Shown piece after piece: positions 29,219-43,187 of a stretch of 64,000 nucleotides of DNA. The position numbers and the translations under genes were made by a program. This DNA is from Octopus vulgaris. Its lineage: Eukaryota. The notes under the pieces are model-generated. The model was not told the origin of the DNA and did no database searches. It saw only the letters and a program-made list of their open reading frames with translations. The stretch is taken from positions 59,334,001 through 59,398,000 of the forward strand of contig OX597827.1 of assembly GCA_951406725.2 (NCBI GenBank). The letters run 5' to 3'. The first letter of the stretch is position 1. Each line of letters begins with the position of its first letter.

Positions 29219-29358
29219 CTATATAACCAATAGGACATTGACAGGTATATGTTTCCACTAAATCAATGCAAGTGGCATTATTCTGGCAGGAATGGTTTGT
29301 ACAGTCATCTATGTTGGATTCACAGCGATAACCATTGAAGCCTCGTGGACAGTGACAT
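29219..29358 (-). CDS. slit: Slit exon: end of EGF2 and EGF3
   Basis: tgcag|...|gtgagt; 140 nt; CHCPRGFNGYRCESNIDDCTNHSCQNNATCIDLVETYTCQCPIGYI. Confidence 0.95.
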
Positions 29359-29836
29359 CTGCAAGAGGAATTTCAAATCAGAGAGAAATGACTATATCAA
29401 CGCAACAGAAACTGGTTTTATCTTTTCGTTTTTTCAATAGTATGATTAAGTTTCACATAATCCCTTTTGTTACCATATTTTGTTTGATATACACTGAATT
29501 TGTTTTAATTAGTTTTGAAATTAACAAAGAATTTATTGAAATAACTTTTGAGGGAAAGTTTTAATTCATGTCTCTTTAAACTTCATGTTACCATATTTGT
29601 TTCAATTAACTTTGAAAATAATGAAGAATCTAATATAAGAACTTTGTCATTATTAATTTGGTGCTTGGAGCATAAATTAACAATAAATTTTGATGGAAAT
29701 GAGAAGTTTGTAACAGAATCAGAGACAGGGACAGTCTCAGGTCAGATGGTATCAGAAGGGTTAATATCAATTGTGTCAGAGCTCTCAAATTTTTTTTAAA
29801 TAGTGACATATTAAAAAAAAAATTTTAATGACATAT

Positions 29837-30233
29837 TTAACCCTTTAGCATTTAAACTGGTCATATCTGGCCCCAAATTTTCTCTATTTTATGTTTTTAT
29901 AGCCAGATCTACTGTTCACATTCACGTACAGGGCAATTTGTTTCACCTGCTTTTGAGGTATGCAGAGTTTCTTAGCACTCTAAATCAGAGGTTCTCAACC
30001 ATTTTTTTTACCTGTGGACCCTTTTGGTTTCTATTTTACTCTACTGGACCTCCACAGCAATCCAGTGTTTAAATTACAATGTCAATCCAATGTTTACCTA
30101 ACAATGTCATTCAAAGCATAAGTAATCACACCATTGAAATCTCAAAGTTACAAGATTATGCATGATTAATTCAAATTAATGTGAATGAATATGTATTACA
30201 TTTGACGAAGTAATCTGAATACTAAAGTGTTAA
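29837..30233. mobile_element. TTAA-flanked MITE (piggyBac-like ends); relatives at about 15423-15640 and 60760-61548
   Basis: TTAA-CCCTTTAGCATT ... AATACTAAAGTG-TTAA; internal sequence shared among copies. Confidence 0.65.
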
Positions 30234-30665
30234 GTGTTGTATGCAAAGTCAAACCTGTAATGTAACATGTATACAAAAAACCCCCAAAAAAAGCAAAACA
30301 AAACAAACTGTATATCATACTTAAAGCATATACACTGTTGAAAGCCTTCTAAACAGCAGTGTTCATCTTGAGAAAGCATTTTTTATAGATGTGCTGTGTT
30401 AAAAACCACAAATATGTTAGCAGTAGGTATTTCCCAGTAGTCACAGAAGCATTGCAAAATAAAGATTTCTGCGTTTTTGAGCTTCATCAGTAGCAAGTAT
30501 CCTGCAGCATGCTAATCAGTAATTGGCTGCTAGCTGAGAAAGTAAAACAGTGATTGAATGGTGGTCACTGATGTCATATTTAGCTGTTATTAGTGATGGA
30601 GACAGTATTAGTTCAAATTAGCAATATGTATATCATGCAGGTTTTCACTAGTCAAATTTTTGTAG

Positions 30666-30708
<43 letters not shown>

Positions 30709-30771
30709 AGTCACTGTGCAGAAAGACGTAGAAGAGAGAGAAAATATAAAGTGGTGCTGATTAGTGTGTGT

Positions 30772-30840
<69 letters not shown>

Positions 30841-31151
30841 GAATAGTTAACTGTTAGAAGCTTGTGACATAAGTAATCATGGGAGCAGACAGAGAAAGAA
30901 AGTGGGGATAGATAGTTAGTGGGGATAGATAAAAAGTTAGAGTTAAAGGGTTCAATGGACTGGTGTCTTGTTTCAGAGGAAGTATTGAATTGTCAGTCAT
31001 ATGTACCCCATGGAAATTGGTCCTAGAGTCCTAGAGATCATGGTCCTAAAGTCCTAGAGATCACGAGAGACCTAAGAGTTGTTGAAGGGAAATTAGGTAA
31101 TTGAAGGAAGAAAGGGAGGAAAGAAAGAAAAGCTGTATCTGTTTAACTTAC

Positions 31152-31368
31152 ATGAATCTGCCGTTGTCCAAAACCTCACAAGAAGCCCCATTGTAGCAAG
31201 GGTTGCCGAAACATGAATCGATCTCTTTCTCACATTTGGTGCCATAATAACCCGGTGTACAAGAACAGGTGAAATTCTGGAACGAGACCACCGTACAAGT
31301 GGAACCGTGTTGACAAGGGTTCTCATAGCAGGCGTTACACTTGGACATTACCACTGGGTCTGGTTTTT
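31152..31368 (-). CDS. slit: Slit exon: EGF1 and start of EGF2
   Basis: caacag|...|gtaagt; 217 nt; KPDPVVMSKCNACYENPCQHGSTC...CFGNPCYNGASCEVLDNGRF. Confidence 0.95.
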
Positions 31369-31790
31369 CTGTTGTAAAATGAAAATGAGAGGGAGTCATT
31401 ATAACGAGTCAGGAGAAAGCAAGTGTATAAATACATATATGTATATATGCATATATGTATGTATGTATGTATATATGTATGTATGTGTGTGTATATGTAT
31501 ATGTGTGTGTGTGTGTATGTATATAATAGATATTTTTCACAATATCCATCTCAATTTAAAAACTGATTTTTTTCTACTGAAATGCTTAATTAGAAATTAA
31601 AATTTAATTACAACTGTGACAATTATGACTTTGTGAAGGAAACTGAATGGAATATTTTAATAACTTGTCAAGTTTTATGTAGACTACTTTCCATCGTACT
31701 GGAAAGAGAGAGCAGTTATTGTGTGGAGAGACATAAAAAAGGACAGAATGTATTATAAATGTTGACTTCAATGTTTTCAATTATATATAT

Positions 31791-31847
<57 letters not shown>

Positions 31848-31884
31848 GAGAGATAGAGAGAGAGAGAAAGATTCGTGTACTTAC

Positions 31885-32048
31885 TTCCACACTGAAAATT
31901 ATAGGAAGGCGTAGTGAGAAGGAGTTTGTTAGACATTGGCGGTGGTCCAGCACAAGTAGCAATGCCAGGTTCAAGGAAATCTTTTTTTATCCAATCAGAG
32001 AGCCATTTGAGGTTGCAGTCACAGTATAGTGGATTTCCTCCAAGAACG
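31885..32048 (-). CDS. slit: Slit exon: LRRCT of D4
   Basis: ttccag|...|gtaagt; 164 nt; [54 protein letters not shown]. Confidence 0.96.
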
Positions 32049-32074
32049 CTGGAATAAAAGAGATTGGTTATATT

Positions 32075-32141
<67 letters not shown>

Positions 32142-32142
32142 G

Positions 32143-32209
<67 letters not shown>

Positions 32210-32280
32210 ATACATACATATATATATATGCATACATATATATGCATACATATATATGCATACATATATATATATATATA

Positions 32281-32617
32281 CTAGCAGTATCGCCCGGCGT
32301 TGCTCAGGTTTGTAAGGGAAATAACTATAAAGCATTTTTAGAGAGTTATAGCCAAAAAATTATGGTAAATTTTTTTTTGAGAGTAAAAAAAGGTGGAGTT
32401 GCGGTTTGTGTTTCTGATTCTCGACCCCATGTCGAATTTATCGATTTTTTTCAGAACTGGGGGAACTTTTCAAAATTTTCGCTGCGTTAGTTTTGAATTA
32501 TGACATTGGGCTATGTGTGTGTCAAGTTTCATCAGAATCGGTTGAAAGCCGTGGTCAGGGTGAGGGTACAAGCAAACAGACACACAGAAACACGCACAGA
32601 CAAACTGCCGTTTATAT

Positions 32618-32622
<5 letters not shown>
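32281..32622 (-). mobile_element. Non-autonomous Helitron
   Basis: Minus strand starts TC, ends with GC-rich hairpin CCTGAGCAACGCCGGG then CTAG; inserted between A and T within (TA)n. Confidence 0.75.
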
Positions 32623-32652
<30 letters not shown>

Positions 32653-32653
32653 C

Positions 32654-32700
<47 letters not shown>

Positions 32701-32730
32701 TATACATATATATATACATATATATACATA

Positions 32731-34652
32731 CCTCACTCTCCCGCGAACATCTAGATTCCTTCCTCTCTTTCGTCCAATCTTTCCATCCAGCCCTCCACTT
32801 CACTTCCACTATCTCCAACACCTCTGTCTCCTTCCTCGACATTTCGGTTAGCATTCTTCACTCCACTCTTACCACCTCCATTCACTACAAACACACAGAC
32901 TCACACTCATACCTCAACTTCTCTTCCTCCCACCCAGAACACACCAAGCTTTCCATCCCCTATTCCCAATTCCTCCGTCTACGTAGGCTCTGTAGTGACG
33001 ACCATGACTTTGAGACTCAGTCTCAACGTATGGCTCACCACTTCACCCTACGTGGATACCCCCTCACCACTATCCACACCGCCCTTGCCAGAGCACGGTC
33101 CGTGGACCGTGTATCTGCTCTCTCTCCCCGAACCCGCCCTGTAGTCTCCCGCCTCCCTTTTCCCCTCACTTACCACCCCACGACCCTACGTCTCCAACGC
33201 ACCATTCTTCGAGCTTTCCGTCATCTCCAGTCCGACCCGTCCACTTCACACCTCTTCCCTAACCGACCCCTCCCCTCTTTCAAACGAGCCCACAACCTTC
33301 GAGACCTTTTGGTCCATAGCTCCTTCCCTGACCCTACCTCCCAACCCGGCTCGTTCCCCTGCTCCCGCCCACGTTGCCGCACTTGCCCTTACCTCTCCAA
33401 CACCACCCGCCTCACTAGCACCCACCATCGACCCTATCCCATCATCCACTCCTTCACCTGCACCTCCAGCAATATTATCTATTGCATCTCTTGCTCTCTC
33501 TGCAATTCCTTGTACATCGGACAAACGGGACGCCGCTTGGCTGACCGGTTCGCGGAACACCTTCGTGACATCCACCTTGCGAACGACACACCGGTCTCAC
33601 GCCATTTCCGCTCCACCGGTCACTCCTTGCAACACCTATCTGTGTTCGGTTTGTCCTTACACAGAGGCCATCCGGATTCCCGTTTGCGCCATGAACAGGA
33701 ATTAATCTTCTCTCTTCGCTCTTATACGCCATTTGGTCTCAACTCTCCCCCCCTCCTCATCTAACCCCCCTCTCCCCCTCCTCATCTAACCCCCCTCTCC
33801 CCCCTCCTCACCTATCCTTTCTCCCCCGACCCCTACTTCTTCAGTCCTTCATCCTTTCACCCCTACTCCCCTTCCCTTCTTCCCTCTTTCTCCCTCCCTC
33901 TTCCCCTTCCCTCTGCTCCCCACTCCCTCTCTCCCCTTCTCTCTCCCCCTCCCCCTCTTCTCCTCACTACACCACATGACTTTACACATCACATCACATA
34001 TGATGTGCCATACTAATACACACACCAACTAATACATACTAATACGTACTAATACATACTAGTACATACTAATACTTACACCAACCCTATACATACACAC
34101 GTCCAGACCCCGCATACGCACTTATACTCTCTCTCACACACACACACACACCTATACATACCAATACGTACTAATACATACTAATACATACTAATACATA
34201 CACCAACCCCATACATACGCACGTCCAGACCAATCTTACGCACTAATACTCTCTCATACACACACACACACACACACACACCCTTATACATACTAATACA
34301 TACACCAACCCTATACATACACACATCCAGACCCCTCCCACGCACTTTTAGCTGGTCCCTCAACCCATTTATCAACCCTATTATCTCCCCTTATTTCGCT
34401 CTCGCGTCTCATGTTTGATCTTTGACCTCTGGCCGAAATCAGATCGCCATGTTGATTCGTTAGCTACTGCACGCATTTTTTTCTCTCCTTCTTTCTGTGT
34501 TTTTCTCTCTCTCTGTATCTTTCTGTTGAAGAGCGTAGGCTCGAAACGTTAAAGACTTGTTTTATTTATATTTCCTGAGCGCCATACTAATACAATTGTT
34601 CGTTTGTTTTCCACCTGCCTTCGTCTTTTGTTTATTTTCATAAAGCTTCCCG

Positions 34653-34654
<2 letters not shown>
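32731..34654 (+). mobile_element. 5'-truncated Penelope-like retroelement (Neptune-like): RT C-terminus, Cys linker, GIY-YIG endonuclease, 3' UTR with HHR
   Basis: Open frame to 33764: SFLDISV...YKHTDSHSYL..SSSHP...IPYSQFLRLRRLCS; CSRPRCRTC; NIIYCISCSLC..LYIGQTGRRLADRFAEH; PFGLN. Antisense to Slit, (TA)n flanks. Confidence 0.92.
34518..34555 (+). ncRNA. Minimal HHR variant in the PLE 3' end (core CUGUUGA)
   Basis: Stem I TCTTT/AAAGA; CTGTTGA-A; stem II GAGC-GTAG-GCTC; GAAA-CGTT. Confidence 0.65.
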
Positions 34655-34691
<37 letters not shown>

Positions 34692-34709
34692 CATATATAT
34701 ATACATATG

Positions 34710-34753
<44 letters not shown>

Positions 34754-34856
34754 TAAAAACGGTAAGATAACAAAAGAAAGAAAGAGACCTCAATATTATG
34801 TAAAGAGAGGAAATTTATCAGAGTTTTATCTTGACTATTGAATAATTGTAACATAT

Positions 34857-34968
<112 letters not shown>

Positions 34969-34973
34969 CATTC

Positions 34974-35004
<31 letters not shown>

Positions 35005-35209
35005 CATATATATATACATATATAAAACCTTAGTCACAATTTATGTTCCTAACACTAGCTGAATGATAACTAAGTTACTTTACTAAATTCTTTGTTATAT
35101 CTTAAAATTAATTGAAAGAAACGCAGAGCATCTCAAAAAAAAGATACAGTAATGAAATAAGGTAAGAGAGTTAAGTAGTAAAATTTGAATTGGTTTCTTT
35201 TATACTTAC

Positions 35210-35281
35210 ATATGGGTTAATGAATGAAGATCTTTGAAGGTTCCATATGGAATGGTAGACAGCTTGTTCTCATGCAGAGAC
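35210..35281 (-). CDS. slit: Slit exon: D4 LRR4
   Basis: tcaaag|...|gtaagt; 72 nt; SLHENKLSTIPYGTFKDLHSLTHI. Confidence 0.92.
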
Positions 35282-35489
35282 CTTTGAAAGAAATTATAAC
35301 ATTAATCATGACAATGATAAGGTATTATGACAATAATAGTGATATTTCTAAGGTGATTAAAAGATTAACCAAGGTAAATATATAATTGAGAAATCACTAC
35401 AATTAAAAGGGATTTCTAATTAGACCAGGATAATTAAAATTTATGAGTGTAGTGCTTACGAGGCTGTTGTTAGACTATGTGGTTTTGAT

Positions 35490-35662
35490 ACAGTTCTATA
35501 TTTAAGAGATGAGGAATTATGTACATTATTTACATCTGACAGATATTTGTCCTCATCTTGTTTGTTGTTAACACAATGTTTTGGCTGATATACCCTCCAG
35601 CCTTCTTCAGGTGTCTTGGGGAAATTTCGAACCTGGTTTCTCATTCCTAAGGTATTCTTCAA

Positions 35663-35702
<40 letters not shown>

Positions 35703-35782
35703 ATTGTTCAGGTCACTGCTTGGAATTGAACTTGGATTCTTGGGGTTAGTAGCCGCGCTCTTAACCACTATGCCATATGCCC
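35490..35782 (-). mobile_element. Composite element: tRNA-like head, (AAT)n linker, HHR-bearing tail
   Basis: Head GGGCATATGGCATAGTGGTTAAGAGC...AAGTTCAATTCC; tail GACAC-CTGAAGA-A-GGCTG...CAGCC-AAAA-CATT-GTGTT (35570-35615). Confidence 0.65.
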
Positions 35783-36087
35783 ATATATGGTTTTGAGATG
35801 AGTCTTGCTGCATTGCATCACTACTGTTCCTAGCTTGTAAATGTGGAGGTGTGTGGCTTAGTGGTTAAGGTGTAGGACTTGTGATTGTAAGATTGTGGTT
35901 TCAATTCTTTTCTGGGCAACGTGTTATAGTCTTGGGCAAAACACTTCATTTCACATTGCTCCAATCAGGGGGAATTTATACGGCATGGAAGCCAAGAAAC
36001 CAGCCCCTATGAGCTGGCATGACTCGAGAAAGTAAATGCCTAACTTAACAGAATTTAAACTCAGACTTTAGAGATGGATAAATTATG

Positions 36088-36141
<54 letters not shown>

Positions 36142-36366
36142 GTTTCAAATTTTGGCACAAGGGCAGCAATTCTGGGTGAGGGGACGAGTCGATTACATTG
36201 ACCCCAGTGTGTAACTGGTACTTAATTTATCAACCCCAAAAGGATGAAGGGCAAAGTCGGTCTCAGCAGAATTTGAACTCAGACTGTAAAGACGAATGAA
36301 TAATAATAATGATAATAACAATAATAATAACAATAATAATCATCATCATAATTTGTCAATACTTAC

Positions 36367-36438
36367 AGTATTCGTAATTTGGTAAGTCCAGAGAAACTTG
36401 TTTCAGCAACACACTGAAGCGGATTATAACTGAGTATT
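36367..36438 (-). CDS. slit: Slit exon: D4 LRR3
   Basis: ctacag|...|gtaagt; 72 nt; ILSYNPLQCVAETSFSGLTKLRIL. Confidence 0.93.
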
Positions 36439-37312
36439 CTGTAGAAACCAGTCGGTGTTGGTGTTGGTGGCATCAATTGAAATAGAAGCAGGAAAAAAAA
36501 AAAAAAGAAATAGAAGCAATGTTTAAATGTCTAATTGTTAATATGAATATACTACATTTTCTGGCATACAGTTTTAAATTTTCAAATCAGAATGTACAGG
36601 TTCAAAAAATGGTAGGTTGACTTATACAGCAAGACAACTTTGGAGGACCAAAAATTCCAAGTAAAATGCAACAGGATTTAATAAATAAGTGGCAAAATTT
36701 GAATATTTGCATGACATGGTTACACTATATACTATGTTGACTTCTATACTTGAAAATCTCCTAATATAATAATGAGCGTAGTGTTTTTATATATTTGTGT
36801 ATATATATATATATATATATATATTTGTCCAGAATCACACAGAAGAGGAAAGAAAATAGTAATTCAGTGAAGGAGAAGTAGTGAGAGTAATAGCCCTGAC
36901 TGAGAGGGAGTGAGAGAAAGTAACAGCAATGAGAGAAAGGAAGGGGTGAAAAAAAATCAGCGTTTCCACTCTGTGTGAGTATATGTGTGTGTGTACAAGG
37001 CAAGTATGTGAATGTTTGTATGTGTGATTATTTTGTACCTTATTTATATATAAGTTGAAAGGTAAGTTACTATAAATTGGCACGAACTTTCTGGACAACC
37101 CAATAGTACACCTTAAAGTATACACACACACATTCACATATGCCTGCACATATATGTCTGAATGAATGCATGCAAGTATGTGTGTATATACTGTAACTCA
37201 GTGGTGAAGATAGATAAGAAAGAATTTAACAAGATATACATACAAGAATAACAGAAGTAAGAACAGTTAGTAATAAATGAAGGAAAGAAACAAAAAAGAA
37301 TGACTAACTTAC

Positions 37313-37384
37313 AGAGTTGACATATGAGAAAGGTTAGCAAAAGCATAATCCGGCAGAGTTTCAATCTGGTTGTAACTGAGGTCT
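37313..37384 (-). CDS. slit: Slit exon: D4 LRR2
   Basis: ttccag|...|gtaagt; 72 nt; DLSYNQIETLPDYAFANLSHMSTL. Confidence 0.93.
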
Positions 37385-38628
37385 CTGGAAATACAAGTAT
37401 ATAAAATAAAGTCAAAGTAGGAAGATGTTATATTAAATATTAGGTTCATTTGACTAGGTAGAAAGTGGCCTCTTTATTTCTATGTGTTGTAAAATATGAA
37501 GGGCCTTGTTGTTACCTTTCCTGTGGATATTAATTAGAATTGAGAGAGAGAGAGATCCTTCCCAAGTATTATAGACTCATAGGGGTATTTTACCCAGTTT
37601 TTGTGGTGTGGTGTATATATTCTTCCCTGGATGGGACATCAGTCCATAACAGGGTTAATTATTTTTGGTAGCTGAGTGGACTGGAGCAATGTAAAATGCA
37701 GGGTTTCGCTCAAGAACACAACGTGTTGCCTGGTCCAGGAAGCAAAAACGACAATCTTAATTTCATGATTCCAACAGCCTAACCACTTAGCCACACATGG
37801 ATATTAAACCTATATATACCCTTGGTTGCGTTTTCATAGTGCAAAACCTGCTCCATCTTGTTTGGACATGAACTCGCCGGGCAGCATCTGACTGAGCTAC
37901 AATGTTTAATCTAAATACAGTGAAATTTCAAGACTTCATTTTCTTATAGCCATATATGGGTTAATTACATGGTAATAATGCAATGAATTGCCTCTGAATT
38001 TGGAGGCCGTTTGCATTATATTCTCAGCTCACCTGGAACTGACACCTTTGTTTTATAGTATTCACACCTCAAGGTGTTAAGGCACATGGCATAGTAGTTA
38101 TATATATATAACTTGGCTTATGATAATGAAGTCATGTGTTCAATTCCTGGCTTAGGAAGGGAATTGTATACTTGAGCATGTCACATCATTTCATGTTACT
38201 ACAGTTTCACGGAATCTCCTGTGATAGCTGATGGATGAGCATTTTCTTGCTGAGTAACAACACAACAGATTTGTTTATAGGGATGAAATGTTTTGTATTA
38301 TACATCAGCTCATTCTCTCCATCAAATCGACATTGCCTGTACAGGGCACAGTGTGCCATGCACCAGATGTCAAAGTGATCACAAAGCAGCATGGGATGGA
38401 GTGTTTTGTTTTTCTCAAAGAACTAATGCACTGCCCAGTCCAGGAATCGAAACCACGATCCCATGATCTCATGATTATTAGTATGATGTCCTAACCACTA
38501 GGCCATGTGTCTCCAGTCTGCTCAGCTATAAACAAATACCAACCAGTTGTTGGTGTGGCTCTCTCTTACCCTAGACATACCATTGGGTACTTCAAGGTGT
38601 TCATGGAGTAAGATACTAACAAATTTTA

Positions 38629-38642
38629 GGCTGCTGCTGCTG

Positions 38643-38711
<69 letters not shown>

Positions 38712-38858
38712 TTGCTGCTGCTGCCCTAGCACACTCCACCCCACACTCCCACTGCTGCAGCCACCACCACCACCACCACCACAATCATTACCACAACTAC
38801 CACTACTAGCCCCACCACTACTTCTACCACAACTACCACCATTACTACCACCACTAAA

Positions 38859-38923
<65 letters not shown>

Positions 38924-38932
38924 CACTACTAC
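38629..38932. repeat. (CTG/CTA/CCA)n tract; similar (CTA)n at 47255-47397
   Basis: Direct reading. Confidence 0.95.
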
Positions 38933-39599
38933 AGCATATATTTTCTCACTCCTGAATTGATGGAAAGTAATACTGACTTCAGTGAGAACTGAACTCAGTA
39001 CGTAAAGAGCTGAAACAAATACCACAAGGCATTTTTCCAATGTTCTAAAAATTTTTCTAAATCACTACCTGGTTAAAAATAAAGCAACATTTATATTTGA
39101 ATTATGCAACAGAAACAGTCCCAAAATAAAATCTTCATCAATATGACATATTTAATACATATATGTTAAGTATGTCAGAGAGCTAAAAGCAATATTTATT
39201 GCAGCATCAACAACAAGAAACTTTATAATAAACTACCAGCTGTTATCTAAACATCTAATGTTATAATATATCAATTTAACTGAAGGGACTTGTATTTTAA
39301 ACTTCATACTGTTATTTGGCCATTCATCAATTACTGAACCTCGATGACTCACCATGCATTTACAACAAGCTTCCATTATAGTGGAATAGATGTAGACTAC
39401 ATCATGCAATATAAATAATAAACTGAAGAATAGAAAAAAAGCACAAGAAAACAACATAAAAAAAAGCACAAGTACTCTAATATACTACATTGTACGATAT
39501 ATAAGCATATGTATACAATCGTGCACCACAAAGAAAGAAACAAAATTAAAAAGTAAGGATGTATTAATACAGCAAATCAATAAATAACAGCAAAAATAA

Positions 39600-39630
<31 letters not shown>

Positions 39631-39632
39631 AA

Positions 39633-39667
<35 letters not shown>

Positions 39668-39681
39668 CAAATATACATATC

Positions 39682-39712
<31 letters not shown>

Positions 39713-39723
39713 TATCATATATC

Positions 39724-39755
<32 letters not shown>

Positions 39756-42700
39756 TATATATATATTTATATATATCTACATATATATATATATATATAT
39801 AAATGGCCATGCTGAAGTACTACCTTAAAAGGTTTTAGGTGAACAAATTGACCCCAGAACTTATTGTTTGTAAGCCTAATATTTATTCTATCATTCTCTT
39901 TTGCCAAACTGCTAAGTTATGGGGATGTAAACAGTGTGTGAGTTGGTTGTGTGTGTAATTATATTTTTATAAGTACATATATTTTTATAAATATGGTACA
40001 AAGGAATCACAATATATTATGTCATATTATACATTTTATAAAAATATATTATATTTATTTATAATAAACAATATAATATTTTTATAAAATGTACAAATAA
40101 TAAGTAGAGTATTTTACCTATATGTTGATGACATATAAAAATACTGTCATTATATTATAATATATATAAAAAATAATAAAAAAATAAAATATATATATAT
40201 ATATATATATATGCTTACAACTGATATGGTGTGTCTTAATATGTCTTCTAATATAAAAAAAAAGTACTATTTATAAATATATTGTCATATATATGTATAT
40301 ATATTTTAACTTTATATTTAAGATTAAAAATATAAAGAATAAAAAAAAAGAATAAGTATTAAATATATATAATAGTCAATATTAAAATACTGAAAGAAAT
40401 AAAGAAAAATAAGTAATTATATGTGTGTGTGTGTGTGTTGTGTGTGTGTGTTGCAATGTGTAAAAAATATATTATATATTATAATTTATTAAATAATAAA
40501 ATATAATATATGTACATTTTATAATTTTAAAAAATATATATATAAATAATAAATTGAATATTAAAAAAAAAAAATTTATTATTATTTTATATATTTAAAT
40601 AAATATATATATATATTATATTATAATATATAATATATAAACAACATATATATATATATATATATATAAATGTAACTGATGCACTGCTTTAAAGGTTATA
40701 CAACAATATTAAAACTACTTGAATATTGTAACAGCTGAGGATTTTGCAGTTTTACTGGTCTTCTTGCTTGCTTCACTAATAATGAAAATATTATTAGTAC
40801 ATCAGTATTTGTATCAAAGCTTTGAGGATCCAGTGTTAATCAAATATAAAATGTGAATCCACAAACTGTATATATAGATGGGCTTCTTTCAGTTTATGCT
40901 ACATTACTGGCTAAGTGAGCCAACAAAGAGTAAGAAATGTAAGAGTACAGCAGTGGACTGCCCAACCTCTGGTGGAGCTTTAGGTTTTCGCTCAATAACT
41001 CACAACACACCAGTCTGGGAATGAAAAGATGATCCTCCAATGAGTCCATTTAACCACTGGGCCATTGTGCCTCCATTATGTAATTATGTATGGTTAATAC
41101 ATACACACACATATATTCATGTCTGTGTATACACACGTGTACGAATGTTATAATATATATTTATTTTAATGTAAACTGCATGCATTTTTTTTTTAATGTA
41201 AACCATGTACAAACAGTGGAGGCACATATAGTGGTTAGAGATCAGTGGATCCATACTGTTGATCATCAGGTCAAATCTGCACAGGCTTTATGAGTACACA
41301 AGCTTTTCCCGGATATTTATTACTTATATATGGCAGGATCTTTGTAAGTACTCTTACAAAATTTTCTCCACCTGACTTTATGTCGTCCTGTCCAATAGGG
41401 AACCTATGCGCCATCAAAGCTTTATGTGGCTCAAGGGACAAGCATGTCAAATAATGTTTTATGTACAATGTCCTTAGGTGTGTATGTACCTTTAATTAAC
41501 ATGGAGCAGTGTGGTACTACTACAAAGGAATAAGTTTTTATTTTGTTCAATTCATCAGCATAATCATATACGAAAAAATGATGAGAAATATACTTTTTAT
41601 TATTATGTGTTGTGTGTCCTGTTTAGTAAAATATATAATTATATGTACACATATTGTAAAATACATAAATTATTTTATTTAATTACATGTGCAGCTTCTG
41701 ATGTTAATTGTCATTTTGAAGGTTAATGAAAAAACCTCAAAACATGATAGGATAAAATATAAAAATATGATAAATATGTTATTGTGAAACATGCAATGTA
41801 CAACACACACAAATGATGTATATATATATATAATATATATATATATGTTTATATTATACAACAATATTATAAATATATATTGTAACATGCGTTTTATGGT
41901 TATCGCTTGTCTGTGAAAATATTATTATATTTTTAAATCCAAGTTTGGATAGAACAAATATAAAAGAAATTCAGTGAGAAACTCAGATTGCTTACAGCTG
42001 GTCACAAGTGATGTTTTTTTTTGTTGGCAGTGGCAGGAAAAAAAGGTAAAAAATTGTGGTAAAAGAACAGTCCAATGGGGTTGGCTTTAGGTATTTTGTA
42101 ATTACAGTAAACAATGGGAAAAGACCTAACCTGTCATCCTTGTGCCTATTAGTAAAGTAGGAACAACACACACTAATATGCTGTGATACACAAGAGAATG
42201 ATAATATAATTTTATGTAACTGCAGCAAATGTAAAATTACAAACAGTGGACACAATATTTAGACACTACTCGCAGTCAATGTGAGTTCAATTAACCACTT
42301 GTGTATGAGTGAAAGCCAATCAGACTCAATAATGGTAACTTCTGTGATTTTTCACAATTTTCTCATTTTTTGCATTTGTACTTAATGTCGCCTGTAAGTA
42401 AATAACAGGAAAATACATAAACCATTGTTAAGAGCAAGCATGTACAAATAAATGTTGTGCATCATAGGTACAGATGTTTCCTTAGGTGACTTATCAAAAG
42501 GTACCTCATTTTTTTTATTTGCTGTTTCTCTTATTTCTATAATCCATTTTGGTAGTTGTAGTGTGGTACCTGTCTACACAAGGAGCACATATTTTTATAA
42601 AATCTACTGACGCAAAGGAATTCCCGAAGTAAATCCAGTGCCATATACCTCCATACTGTCAATGGCATCAGGTAATCAAATACTGTGAACAGGCTTTAAG

Positions 42701-43005
42701 TTGCGTACTACAAGATGTATACCCGGATATAAAATTATTACTTTTATGTGTGCATGTATGCTCACATCTGTGTCTCTGTTTCTTTACATCACATGATAAT
42801 TATAAATGATTGTCAACTTTTGTGAAAAACATTACTTAGCTTTGAAATAGGTGAAAGTTGGCAACAGGAAGGATGTCTGGCTGTAAGAAAACCTGCCTTC
42901 ATCTTACTCATGCAAGCACGAAAAAGTTGATGCCAAAACAATGATGATGAGATATATATATATGTCCAACCCATGCCAGCATGGAACAGAGACATTAAAC
43001 AATGA

Positions 43006-43045
<40 letters not shown>

Positions 43046-43118
43046 CATATATATGTATGTATATATATTTATATATATTATGATACATATGTATCATTCG
43101 TTTGACCTTTATACTTAC

Positions 43119-43187
43119 AGCTGTGTCAGCTTGGTTAATCGGCTGATCTCTCTGGGAACAACGGTGATGTTATTAAAGTCCAAGTAT
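43119..43187 (-). CDS. slit: Slit exon: D4 LRR1
   Basis: gccag|...|gtaagt; 69 nt; YLDFNNITVVPREISRLTKLTQL. Confidence 0.93.

Noticed and set aside
33246-33732. Minus-strand ORFs overlapping the Penelope ORF
   Set aside because: Shadow frames of a GC-rich coding region with no motifs.
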